Counted from the stretch's first letter, positions 7,952-17,079 are shown. The stretch is DNA of 33,369 nucleotides from an uncultured Candidatus Saccharibacteria bacterium (GCA_964590695.1 CAZPXA010000003.1:2628-35996), one strand, 5' to 3'. Program-made: numbers and translations. The notes: generated by a model not told the origin, from the letters alone.

Positions 7952-9087
7952 AAGTCCTCTTTGTCTCAAACGACCCGACGATATTTGATGCAACCAGTTC
8001 TGCGCGCGCGCATATGCGCGCGTATGCCGCGTTGGTGGGAGAATTGCACATTGTATCTGCTGCGGGTCCGAGCGCGCGCGAAGAGGACGAAGAGAATCTC
8101 TTTCTCCATCCCGTACGCGCCTGGAAGATTTTCCGTATCCGTGCGCTCGCGCAGCGAGCGCACGAACTCATTCTTAAGCACGGCATCGAAGTCGTTTCCG
8201 CGCAAGACCCGTTTGAACACGGGCTTGCGGCGCTTCGGGCTGTGCGCGGCACGAATGCAAAACTACATATCCAAGTGCACACGGATTTCCTTTCCCCGTG
8301 GTTCACCATGAGCGGGAATTGGCGCAGTCCCTCGGTGCGTATGCCTTTGTTGAATCGTTGGCGCCGCCGAATCGCCGACAGGGTATTGCCAAAAGCCGTT
8401 GGCATCCGCACGGTGTCGAAGCGCGTGAAAATTTCACTGGTTGAATACTATGGCTCTCGCATTCCCGAACCGACGGTCATTCCGGTTGCTGTGGATTCCA
8501 CGATGCCAGAACCCGTGCGGCTGCCCGCGCACCCTTCATTCACTTTCTCGCTCATCACCGTTTCGCGCTTGGAGCCAGAAAAGCGCATTGAGGACATTCT
8601 TGCGGCGCTCAAGCTCGTCGTGGCGCACTATCCAACGGTTGGGCTTTTCATCGCGGGCGACGGGCGCGAACGCGAAAAACTCGAACGCATGGCGCACTCG
8701 CTCGGGCTTGCGGACAAAGTCATCTTCCTCGGCAATCGTCCTGATGCATGGGGACTCCTCGCGAGCGCACAAGCGTTTATTCAGGCAAGCGCGTACGAAG
8801 GCTACGGCCGGACGCTTATCGAAGCGGCGCTCGCAGAAGTGCCCATTATCACGACTGATGTGGGCATCGTCGGCGAAGTGTTCAGGGGTTATAAGGATGT
8901 TCTCTCGGTGCCGGTTGCCGACCCGACCGCGCTCTCGCTTGGCATCGTCGGATTCATTGAAGACAATGCGGCGAGGCAGGAGCTCCCGCGGCACGCTCTT
9001 GAGACGGCGCGCGAACATCTTGCAGAAGTTGGCGATATTCCACCTCGCATCGCCTTGGACCTTATGCAGACACTTCGCCGCGCATGA
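7948..9087 (+). CDS. Glycosyltransferase family 4 (GT-B)
   Basis: ATGA overlap with the upstream gene. C-domain motif ASAYEGYGRTLIEAALAEVPIITTDVGIVGEVF. Confidence 0.85.
   Translation: MKVLFVSNDPTIFDATSSARAHMRAYAALVGELHIVSAAGPSAREEDEENLFLHPVRAWKIFRIRALAQRAHELILKHGIEVVSAQDPFEHGLAALRAVRGTNAKLHIQVHTDFLSPWFTMSGNWRSPSVRMPLLNRWRRRIADRVLPKAVGIRTVSKRVKISLVEYYGSRIPEPTVIPVAVDSTMPEPVRLPAHPSFTFSLITVSRLEPEKRIEDILAALKLVVAHYPTVGLFIAGDGREREKLERMAHSLGLADKVIFLGNRPDAWGLLASAQAFIQASAYEGYGRTLIEAALAEVPIITTDVGIVGEVFRGYKDVLSVPVADPTALSLGIVGFIEDNAARQELPRHALETAREHLAEVGDIPPRIALDLMQTLRRA
8005..8022. repeat. 18-bp perfect palindrome CGCGCGCATATGCGCGCG (alternating CG arms)
   Basis: I checked the pairing by hand around the centre at 8013/8014. 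All 9 pairs are complementary. It lies inside the GT4 CDS, 57 nt after its start. Confidence 0.9.
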
Positions 9088-9980
9088 AATTGCTCATTGT
9101 TACGCAAACAGTTGATACAAGTAATCCGGTTCTCGGGTTTTTTGTGCGATGGATAGAAGAATTTGCAAAACACACCGAGCGCATCGAAATCATCTGCCTC
9201 AAGGAAGGGAAATATGCGTTGCCTATGAATGTGCGCGTACATTCGCTTGGCAAAGAAAAGGGTGTCTCACGAATCAAATATGTTTTAAATTTTTACGGAT
9301 ACCTCTGGCAGCTGCGCCGTGCGTATGATGCCGTTTTCGTGCATATGAACCCCGAGTATATTATTCTCGGCGGCTTCTTCTGGCGGCTGTGGGGTAAACG
9401 AGTTTCCTTGTGGTACACGCACAAAAGTGTCAACTTGAAGCTTCGCATCGCCGCATTTCTGTCGAACATTATTTTTACCGCCTCGAAAGAAAGCTTTCGC
9501 CTCAAAAGCTCGAAAGTTCGCGTCATGGGGCACGGCATCGACACGGAATTCTTTTCTCCTAATGAAAGCGTTACTCGCGGCAATTGGGTACTCTCCGTCG
9601 GGCGACTTATGCAAAGCAAGCGGCACGATATTGCCATTCGCATTGCCACGCATGATAACCGCGAACTCCGGGTAGCGGGAGAGGGACCGGAACGCAAAAA
9701 CCTTGAGTCGCTCGCCCACGAGCTTGGCACCCGCGTACGGTTTTTAGGCGGTCTTGCCCAAGCGCAATTGCGCGATGAATATCAGAGAGCCGCATATCTG
9801 GTGCATACGAGCAAGTCCGGAAGTTTGGACAAAGTCGTACTCGAAGCGCTCGCCTGCGGACTCCCAATCAAGACGAACGACCCCGCACTCAAACCGCTTG
9901 AGGCCGAAGGCCCACGGTACGTTCGCGAGAACCATTCGCTTGAAAAGCTTATTCCGGCTATCATAAAGGCGCTTTCTTGA
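9084..9980 (+). CDS. Short GT-B glycosyltransferase (GT4/GT1-like)
   Basis: ATGA overlap with the upstream gene. N-terminus MKLLIVTQTVDTSNPVLGFFVRWIEEFAKH. C-domain motif TSKSGSLDKVVLEALACGLPIKTND. Confidence 0.72.
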   Translation: MKLLIVTQTVDTSNPVLGFFVRWIEEFAKHTERIEIICLKEGKYALPMNVRVHSLGKEKGVSRIKYVLNFYGYLWQLRRAYDAVFVHMNPEYIILGGFFWRLWGKRVSLWYTHKSVNLKLRIAAFLSNIIFTASKESFRLKSSKVRVMGHGIDTEFFSPNESVTRGNWVLSVGRLMQSKRHDIAIRIATHDNRELRVAGEGPERKNLESLAHELGTRVRFLGGLAQAQLRDEYQRAAYLVHTSKSGSLDKVVLEALACGLPIKTNDPALKPLEAEGPRYVRENHSLEKLIPAIIKALS

Positions 9981-9983
9981 GTT

Positions 9984-11732
9984 ATGTATATCCTTGCATA
10001 CAAAGATGGACATGATCCGGCCGCGTGCCTTATGAAGAATGGTGAGATTGTGGCGGCCGCAGAAGAAGAGCGTTTTTCACGCGTCAAACATGCTCCGTCA
10101 CAATTCCCTAAAGAGTCCATAGCCTTTTGCCTGCGCCAGGCGGGTATCGCACAAGAAAAGGTTGATTACGTCGTATATGCGCGTCTCACCCCGCTACGGA
10201 CATTTTTCGCTGTGGTGTTCTATTATCTTTGCCGCCTGCCGCGCACGATGCTGGAGGTGCGTTATATGCTCGCAAATCTTAAACTCCAAGTACTCGGCAC
10301 CTGGGGACAATTTCGGGGTCGGGCTGGATACCAGAAAATTCGTGCATTATTCCCGGGATTGCCGAAAGCACAGGCGTCATTTGACCACCACCTCTGTCAC
10401 GCAGCAAGCACATTTCTCCTCTCGCCATTTGAGGAATCTCTCATCATCACCTGGGACGGCAAAGGAGAGGCGACCTCGCTGTCTATAGGAGTTGGGAATC
10501 GTGCGGACATTGCCATCAAAGAGCGGCGGGGAATATTCGATTCACTCGGTCTTTTTTATTCCGCAGCAACCAAATATCTTGGGTTCACTCCCAACGATGG
10601 AGAATATAAGGTCATGGGCCTCGCCCCCTATGGCCGGCACGGCGTCGATGTGAGCGACCTTATTACTCCAAACAAACGTAATGGATACCGTGTCAATTCC
10701 GATTTCGTACTGTATCCCCTTTGGGGTGTCGAAAAGAATTTTGAGCGCCGATTCGGGCCTGCCGCCATGCGCAATGCATTGATATCCAAGGAACATCAAG
10801 ATTTCGCTTGGGCGCTCCAAAACGCACTTGAGCGGGTAGGGCTCTCCGTCGCGAAAATGGCGCAGAAAAAATATCCATCGAGATATCTGTGCCTCGCCGG
10901 CGGCGTAGCGCTCAATGTCAAACTCAATAAAGTGCTTCGCGAAAGCAGGCTCTTTGACGATATCTTCGTACAGCCAGCGGCGGGAGACAATGGGCTTGTG
11001 TTCGGTGCTGCCGGGCTTTTATACGCACAATTGACAGCTAAGCGGCCAACACCGCTCAAGCATCTCTACTTAGGACCGAGCTACTCGGACGACGAAGTTG
11101 CGATGACCCTGCACGAGGAGGGAATCCTATTCCGCAAAAGTGTTGATGTTATCGGCGAAACAGTTAAGCTCATCAAAGAAGGGAATGTAGTGGCCTGGTT
11201 CCAGGGTCGAATGGAATTCGGACCGCGCTCGCTTGGCGCCCGCTCGGTTTTGGCGCATCCAGGGCTTCCGGGCATGCGCGACCGCATCAACGAAAAAATA
11301 AAATTTCGCGAAGAATTCCGGCCGTTTTGCCCATCCATACTCGCGGAACATGCAGCCGAACTTCTTAAACGTGCGGCGCCGTCGCCCTATATGATTCTTT
11401 CCTTCGATGCGACATCTGCCGCAAAACAACTCATTCCTGCCGTTGTCCATGTTGACAATACCGTACGTCCGCAAACGGTCGAACGGGACGGTTCCCGCTA
11501 CCGCGCGCTCCTCGAGCATTTTTATGAAGAAACTGGCGTACCCGCGCTCTTGAACACCTCGCTCAATATCCGTGGCGAGCCTATTGTAGAGAACCTGCAT
11601 CAGGTGGCTGAGTTTTTTCGCAAGACGAACGTCGACGCTATTGTTGCTGGCGACTCGGTTGCCCTGCGCAAGGACCAAGATCCGCGCGCCTTCCAAACGT
11701 TAGATCGCGATACGCTCGTGACCGAGTATTAA
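9984..11732 (+). CDS. Carbamoyltransferase (NodU/CmcH family), copy 1
   Basis: N-terminus YILAYKDGHDPAACLMKNGEIVAAAEEERFSRVKH. Other family blocks: DHHLCHAASTF, GEYKVMGLAPYG, LAGGVALNVKLN, VQPAAGDNG, GRMEFGPRSLGARSVLA, FRPFCPSIL and LNTSLNIRGEPIV. Confidence 0.9.
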   Translation: MYILAYKDGHDPAACLMKNGEIVAAAEEERFSRVKHAPSQFPKESIAFCLRQAGIAQEKVDYVVYARLTPLRTFFAVVFYYLCRLPRTMLEVRYMLANLKLQVLGTWGQFRGRAGYQKIRALFPGLPKAQASFDHHLCHAASTFLLSPFEESLIITWDGKGEATSLSIGVGNRADIAIKERRGIFDSLGLFYSAATKYLGFTPNDGEYKVMGLAPYGRHGVDVSDLITPNKRNGYRVNSDFVLYPLWGVEKNFERRFGPAAMRNALISKEHQDFAWALQNALERVGLSVAKMAQKKYPSRYLCLAGGVALNVKLNKVLRESRLFDDIFVQPAAGDNGLVFGAAGLLYAQLTAKRPTPLKHLYLGPSYSDDEVAMTLHEEGILFRKSVDVIGETVKLIKEGNVVAWFQGRMEFGPRSLGARSVLAHPGLPGMRDRINEKIKFREEFRPFCPSILAEHAAELLKRAAPSPYMILSFDATSAAKQLIPAVVHVDNTVRPQTVERDGSRYRALLEHFYEETGVPALLNTSLNIRGEPIVENLHQVAEFFRKTNVDAIVAGDSVALRKDQDPRAFQTLDRDTLVTEY

Positions 11733-11746
11733 AGGTGCACTCATCT

Positions 11747-12793
11747 ATGTCGCAGGTATCAAAAAAATTGCCCAGGATAGTATTTCTTTTCTCAAGTTCT
11801 CGAGAAAAAATGATATCCGAGGTACAGGCAGGACAAGGTACGGATACTGCACTACGTGGTTTGAACCATATTTCAGGCGCCACGTATATCATTGCTGCGC
11901 ACGGATTGATACGGTCTCTGCTTCTTGTGCCGCGTCTTCTTAAGTATGATTTTATTATTGCCCAAGACGAGCTATTTTTCGGGTACGTTGTTTCTCTATG
12001 TGCTCGCGTGTTTCGACTAAAGACGCGATGGCTGTATGTGGCGATGACTTCGTCTACATTGATGCGACGCCACGCCGCGCATCCGGCGCGCCTGTTTCTC
12101 CTCAAAAAGTTTTGGGCGAGTTACGCTCGTATCATTTGTATTTCTTATGAACAACTCAAAGATTTTATGCGATTTGGCATAGTTCGTCAGCATCTCGTGT
12201 TTATCCCCTTTGGTGTGGACGCGAGTTTTTTCCAACCTACCGACGTGTCCCATGAGGAGGAGCTCATCGTAAGCGTCGGTCGCGATGCGGGTCGCGATTA
12301 TGCAACCCTCTTTAGGGCGGCGGAACACACTAACCACGCATTTGTGGTAGTTGCCGCGCGAAAAAACATCCCGCTTGATATGCCGGTTCCCGCAAATGTC
12401 TCTGTGCTCTATGACAGAAGTTATAGGGAGATTCGGGATTTATATAAACGTGCGCGACTGGTCGTCATTACTTCAAAAGATATGCAAATACCGGACGGGT
12501 CGGATTGTTCGGGTCAGACGGTAACCTTAGATGCTCTTGCAGCGGGCAAGGCAGTCATCGCGACGGAGCGCCCATGGATTACTGACTATTTTATTTCTGG
12601 CCGAGATCTTGTAGTAGTTCAACCAAATAATCCTGAAGCCCTCGCACAAGCGATTGAATCGCTCTGGAACGACGCTGAAAAACGGAAAAACCTCGCGGCA
12701 TCCGGCCATGACAAGGTGGCCGTGCGCTATACAACAAAAAACTTCGCTCAGGCTTTGCTCGCGCTTATGGATTCTGTCGGCCAAACGCCATAA
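11747..12793 (+). CDS. GT-B glycosyltransferase (GT4/GT1-like, divergent)
   Basis: C-domain block GSDCSGQTVTLDALAAGKAVIATERPWITDYF sits where the E-x7-E motif is expected, and the upstream Rossmann-like half is present. ATG 11747 is preceded by AAGGTG. The tracked GTG 11735 is an alternative start. Confidence 0.62.
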   Translation: MSQVSKKLPRIVFLFSSSREKMISEVQAGQGTDTALRGLNHISGATYIIAAHGLIRSLLLVPRLLKYDFIIAQDELFFGYVVSLCARVFRLKTRWLYVAMTSSTLMRRHAAHPARLFLLKKFWASYARIICISYEQLKDFMRFGIVRQHLVFIPFGVDASFFQPTDVSHEEELIVSVGRDAGRDYATLFRAAEHTNHAFVVVAARKNIPLDMPVPANVSVLYDRSYREIRDLYKRARLVVITSKDMQIPDGSDCSGQTVTLDALAAGKAVIATERPWITDYFISGRDLVVVQPNNPEALAQAIESLWNDAEKRKNLAASGHDKVAVRYTTKNFAQALLALMDSVGQTP

Positions 12794-12805
12794 TATTCTT
12801 TTTGT

Positions 12806-13888
12806 ATGACATCGACTAATCGTCTTACGCTGTATGTTAATCCCGCATGGCGTCGCGGCGGTATTCATACGCCCCTCCTGTACCCGTGGTGGGGTAATCC
12901 GTATCCCAAAGAGTCAATCTTCGCCAAGCAGATGTTTGACGCGTATTCATTTGATACCGAGTACTACACGGTAACGGATGACATGCAAAAAGCCGATATG
13001 GTGTTGCCGCCGTATCCGCACGTGTGGTTTTTGCGCCACGACACCGCACTTTTTGACGAATGCGTACAAACTGCAAGAAAAGCCGGCCTGCCGCTCCTTA
13101 TAGACGGATTAGGAGACGTAGAGGCCCCGATTGCGATAGAAAATGCGTACATCTTGCGTTACGGCGGATATCGTTTCGTGAACGAGCGCAGAAGGATTCA
13201 GATACCGCCCATGGCTGATGATCTTTTGGAGCGCCACAAAGGCGGCCGACTCAGTATCCGGGAAAAAAGGAACGAAACACCCATCGTGGGATTTGCGGGC
13301 TGGGCGAAGCTTTCCCCCGCCCAGTATCTCCGCACGGTCATAAAAGAATTGCCGATGCGTCTGCATGGCATCTTTGACTCGCGTTATCGCGCGTGCATGA
13401 AGGGAGTGTTGTGGCGTCAGAAAGCGATTGGAATATTGCAACACTCGCCAAGCGTAGCGCTCAATCTGCATGTGCGCAGCTTTTTCTCCGGCAGTCCCAA
13501 GACAGCAATTGGCGATATGCAGAAACTGCGGGATGAAATGGTCGAAACCATACTGGAGAGCGATTATGCGCTTGACGTGCGTGGGGATGCGAACGACTCG
13601 ACCAAATTTTTTGAAATATTATCTCTGGGGCGCATTCCTGTCATAGTAAACACAGAGCGTAATTTTCCTTTCAGCGATAAAATTGACTACTCATCTTTTT
13701 CGCTCACTGTTGATTTCCGCGATATTAAGCGCTTACCCGAGCGGATAGCAGAATTTCATAAAAATGTTTCCCCCGAGACATTTGAACAAATGCAGAGAAA
13801 CGCACGCAATGCCTTTGTCAATTATTTTCGTATCGATGCGCTTATGCGGCCGATCGTAGAGGAATTGCGCTCAAAACTGTCCTCGTAA
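12806..13888 (+). CDS. Exostosin (GT47)-like family protein
   Basis: C-terminal block DVRGDANDSTKFFEILSLGRIPVIVNTERNFPFSDKIDYSSFSLTV matches the exostosin-domain pattern (x-R-x-F-E-x-L-x-x-G-C/R-IPV-I ... PF ... IDY/W..FS). Family assignment is from memory only. Confidence 0.55.
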   Translation: MTSTNRLTLYVNPAWRRGGIHTPLLYPWWGNPYPKESIFAKQMFDAYSFDTEYYTVTDDMQKADMVLPPYPHVWFLRHDTALFDECVQTARKAGLPLLIDGLGDVEAPIAIENAYILRYGGYRFVNERRRIQIPPMADDLLERHKGGRLSIREKRNETPIVGFAGWAKLSPAQYLRTVIKELPMRLHGIFDSRYRACMKGVLWRQKAIGILQHSPSVALNLHVRSFFSGSPKTAIGDMQKLRDEMVETILESDYALDVRGDANDSTKFFEILSLGRIPVIVNTERNFPFSDKIDYSSFSLTVDFRDIKRLPERIAEFHKNVSPETFEQMQRNARNAFVNYFRIDALMRPIVEELRSKLSS

Positions 13889-13910
13889 GGGCTTATTATT
13901 TTGAGACCCG

Positions 13911-14504
13911 TCATCTGATAGGAGGTTCAGTTTCTGTGGGGGGTCCGTTGTTGGGTCTTACCGTCACGTTCGGGGGAATACCGTACATAATACTATTTGG
14001 CGGGACATCTTTGTTGCATAGGGTCAAAGCCCCAATGACGGAATTATCGCCAATCTGCACCGATTTAATTATTTTTGCTCCCGTGTAGACAGTAACATTG
14101 TCGCCCAACCGCGGCAGATGCGGCATCTCGATTCCTACAATCGTAACGCCGTTATAAATAGTCGCATTTTCCCCTATTGTGGCGCTCGCACCTATTACCA
14201 CATCAGTCGGGTGCGGCAGAAATAATCCAGGACCGATGGTTGCATACGGCGATATGTCATTGGCGAATCGGTACTGCCGCCACATCCGCAGGCGATATTG
14301 GCCGCGCCAGCTTTTGTTGCGGACGAATAATTGGTTCACGCGCAGCCAAAACACGCAGGCAAAGCCGGGCTTGTGCCTCATCGCTCGGCGGACTTGCAGT
14401 AGACGAGAAATAAGCGGCGCGCGGGGATCCACCGTGAACCCGACTCTTCTGGCATCTTGGCGGACAGTGTCCCAAAAAGAAACAAATTGCCAATTTTTGC
14501 TCAT
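13911..14504 (-). CDS. Left-handed beta-helix (hexapeptide) O-acetyltransferase, serine acetyltransferase/WcaB-like
   Basis: Hexapeptide repeats ISPYATIGPGLFLPHPTDVVIGASATIGENATIYNGVTIVG...LGDNVTVYTGAKIIKSVQIGDNSVIGA. ATG at 14504 is preferred over the tracked TTG at 14513. It lies 13 nt downstream of the ligase stop. Confidence 0.8.
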   Translation of the reverse strand: MSKNWQFVSFWDTVRQDARRVGFTVDPRAPLISRLLQVRRAMRHKPGFACVFWLRVNQLFVRNKSWRGQYRLRMWRQYRFANDISPYATIGPGLFLPHPTDVVIGASATIGENATIYNGVTIVGIEMPHLPRLGDNVTVYTGAKIIKSVQIGDNSVIGALTLCNKDVPPNSIMYGIPPNVTVRPNNGPPTETEPPIR

Positions 14505-14517
14505 AAAACACAATATA

Positions 14518-16602
14518 TCACATCATATTGTGGCTTACGTATGCTGCAAGACCGCCGGGGCGCGAAATGGCATATACATCCGCGCTGACATCGCGGGCCA
14601 GAATACGAACGGCTTGTATAAGCTGATTGGAGACCGAGCCGCCCAATTCGGTGATTTTTGTTGGAGGATAGTATAAGAGCATCGTATAGCCAAGCGAGCT
14701 CTTATCAGCAGGTCTGCCGCCCGGGGTCACCTCGATAAGCTCTGCACCCTGCTTATGGTGGAAATTCATGACCGGGTCGCTTCCCGCAAGCAGATACTGG
14801 CGCACGAATGCGGCGCTCGGCGTTTCTCGCACGGATGGTACCAGCTTCGGTTTGAAACGTGCGCTGCATATTGAAACACAAATGATTTTCTTGTCTTTAT
14901 AGAAAAAAGATATTTGTCCTGCAAGTGCTCCATTTGTATCGATTGCGCCAAGCGTCAAGTATTCTCCAAGATATTGTTTGTATTCCTGGAGAGTTTTTGT
15001 AAGCGGCCGCCAGCAATGGTTATATAAAGAACGCGACGTTTCCGCAAATGGAGAATGCGGCGGTACCGCAATGAAGCGAAATTCGGCGTTGCTCATGAGT
15101 TCATACAGCGACTCAAACTTCCCATCAAAAATTTCTTTTAGGACCGTACGTTGTACCTTGCCAGTGGACGTCATTGGCAATTCATATCTCTTCACTATGG
15201 CGAAATGTTCTGGTGTTTCATATGCGCTTAATATCTCGTTTCCAACAAGCAAAGCGAGCTTCAATCGCCGCAGGGCGCCCGGCGCATCAGCATTCTCTTT
15301 CAACACGATAACAGCGCCAATTTCCTCGCCGTATCGCACATCATAAACTCCAGTGACATATGCTTGCTCAATGTCGGCGCTAATCTTTTTAAGTGCATTC
15401 TCGACGGCGACGGGGGAAATATTAATTCCACCTTTGATAATGATTTCTTTGGCGCGGCCCTTAAGGAAAAAGAAGCGAAGTCCGTTGATTTCTTTCCAGA
15501 GCCCTATATCGCCAGTTAAGAAATATCCGTCACGAAACGCAAATTCGTCGCCAACGTATCCTTGCATAACCGCTGGACCTCTGACGATGAGCTCGCCCTC
15601 CTGTTTTTCTCCGAGAATTCGCCCTTCCATATCCGCTATTTCAACATGCGCCCACGGCATTGGCGTGCCAATTGAATTTTCTAACATCGCTTCCGCATAC
15701 CGTTCTTTTGAAAGACTCATTGGAACGCCCGTGACGCGCAGTGCCGTCTCGGTTTGCCCGTATCCTTGATAGAGCGGAATGGAAAATTTTTGCATAAATT
15801 CTAGTGCATCTGAAACTACGACAGGAGCAGAACCCAATTGGATACGGCTCAATTTTAATCGGTCTTTCGCTCTTTCGAATTCTTTTATGCGGCCGAGTTG
15901 GTCAAAAATAATGGAAGGAACGACCGACGTAAATGTCGCTCCACTATTCGCCGCTTGTTTAAAAAAACGCGAATTGGAATACATGGGCGGTATCGCAATG
16001 CTCGCTCCTGCGATCAAGGATGCGAGACAAAATGTCGTGGAGTTAATGTGATGAAGCGGGAGCTGGACTAAAAAGCGGTCATCTTCTCCTATACGTAACC
16101 ATTCAACAATACTCTCCGCGTTGACGACCAAATTTTGCAATGTGAGTCGAGCGCCTTTCGGGTGCGCGGTCGTGCCGGAAGTGAAGAGTATAAGCGCTTC
16201 ATGAGAGAAATCAGGCATCCAAGTTATATTGCCGGGAACACTCTTATCTTCTGAAAATTTCTCTTGAATTATCAGCAATTTAGCACTGCTCACTTTCATC
16301 TTATGCTCACGCAATTCAAGTGTGTCGCGCTTTGTGTCAAGCGGCACGGTAGCAATACCGCATGCCCACGCAGCCCAACTGATGATGAGCAATTCAGCTG
16401 AGTTTACGCAGTCAAGCGCAATCCTATCTCCCGTATGCAACCCCTTGCTTTGCAAATACGCGGCCGCATTTTCCACTTTCGTACATAACGCCGCGCGCGT
16501 AATCTCTTTCGTAATCGCGCCGACGGCGTCACACACAAAGATAATCGGCCGTTCCGGGTCGGCGTGTGCAAGCGCTACAAGATGTTCATGCAGGTTTTTC
16601 AT
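14518..16602 (-). CDS. Adenylate-forming enzyme (AMP-dependent synthetase/ligase, ANL family) fused to an uncharacterised ~190-aa C-terminal domain
   Basis: ANL core motifs are intact: LFTSGTTAHPKG, QGYGQTE, YFLTGDIG, GRAKEIIIKGGINISP and PMTSTGKVQR. Residues about 505-694 lie beyond the ANL C-subdomain and only weakly resemble a GNAT (NFHHKQGAELIEV). The start overlaps the GtrA stop (ATGA at 16599-16602). Confidence 0.85.
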   Translation of the reverse strand: MKNLHEHLVALAHADPERPIIFVCDAVGAITKEITRAALCTKVENAAAYLQSKGLHTGDRIALDCVNSAELLIISWAAWACGIATVPLDTKRDTLELREHKMKVSSAKLLIIQEKFSEDKSVPGNITWMPDFSHEALILFTSGTTAHPKGARLTLQNLVVNAESIVEWLRIGEDDRFLVQLPLHHINSTTFCLASLIAGASIAIPPMYSNSRFFKQAANSGATFTSVVPSIIFDQLGRIKEFERAKDRLKLSRIQLGSAPVVVSDALEFMQKFSIPLYQGYGQTETALRVTGVPMSLSKERYAEAMLENSIGTPMPWAHVEIADMEGRILGEKQEGELIVRGPAVMQGYVGDEFAFRDGYFLTGDIGLWKEINGLRFFFLKGRAKEIIIKGGINISPVAVENALKKISADIEQAYVTGVYDVRYGEEIGAVIVLKENADAPGALRRLKLALLVGNEILSAYETPEHFAIVKRYELPMTSTGKVQRTVLKEIFDGKFESLYELMSNAEFRFIAVPPHSPFAETSRSLYNHCWRPLTKTLQEYKQYLGEYLTLGAIDTNGALAGQISFFYKDKKIICVSICSARFKPKLVPSVRETPSAAFVRQYLLAGSDPVMNFHHKQGAELIEVTPGGRPADKSSLGYTMLLYYPPTKITELGGSVSNQLIQAVRILARDVSADVYAISRPGGLAAYVSHNMM

Positions 16603-17036
16603 GCATTCGGCAATTCTCGATGTCGCCAGACGAAGAGGTGGTAAAAGGTATAATTCCAGGCGAATCCGAGGATGACGCCGGCTGCGTAGGCGATATGGAT
16701 GAGAAGGAGATTACTTGTCTGGTGCTCGGTTATAAATACAAACAACCACTGCAGGGCGACGGAGCCGCTCACAACGATATGGAAACGCATGAGGCGCGAT
16801 AGGCGCGAAATATCGTGTTGCCTATCGCTGAAGGAAAATCGGTTGTTGAGGTAAAAATTCGTCAAAATGCCAGTCTCCGCGCCGATTACGACCGCGGTAC
16901 TTGGAGAGAATATCCGCAGATATATCCCGAGAATTTCAAACACTATTGTTTGCACTACGAACCCAACGCCGCCGATGGTGATGACACGCAGGAACCGCGA
17001 GTATAAAAATGCACGCATCCTCGTTTTGATATCCAT
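16599..17036 (-). CDS. GtrA-family membrane protein, copy 1
   Basis: Four TM segments and the GtrA-like pattern FLRVITIGGVGFVVQTIVFEIL...TNFYLNNRFSF...GFAWNYTFYHLFVW. I prefer ATG 17036 (MDIKTRM...). The tracked start at 17105 would overlap the divergent GT2 start. Confidence 0.72.
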   Translation of the reverse strand: MDIKTRMRAFLYSRFLRVITIGGVGFVVQTIVFEILGIYLRIFSPSTAVVIGAETGILTNFYLNNRFSFSDRQHDISRLSRLMRFHIVVSGSVALQWLFVFITEHQTSNLLLIHIAYAAGVILGFAWNYTFYHLFVWRHRELPNA

Positions 17037-17045
17037 GTGTCCTGT

Positions 17046-17051
17046 ACTATA
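17046..17051 (-). promoter_or_regulatory. -10-like hexamer TATAGT, 9 nt before the GtrA copy 1 ATG
   Basis: The minus strand reads ...gcgtTATAGTacaggacacATG. This would give a leader of about 3 nt. It lies in the 43-bp divergent spacer. Confidence 0.25.
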
Positions 17052-17079
17052 ACGCACACTTGTCGTAACATAAACGCCC

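Noticed and set aside
8441..9115. 224-aa plus-strand ORF in an alternative frame of the GT4 gene at 7948-9087.
   Set aside because: The product is Arg/Ser-rich with no motifs and is fully nested in a CDS that has a clear GT4 E-x7-E motif.
13889..13910. Convergent gaps 13889-13910 and 30952-30980, as possible bidirectional terminators.
   Set aside because: Only 3-5 bp AT-rich complementarity is present (for example AAAGG...CCTTT). There is no convincing stem-loop.
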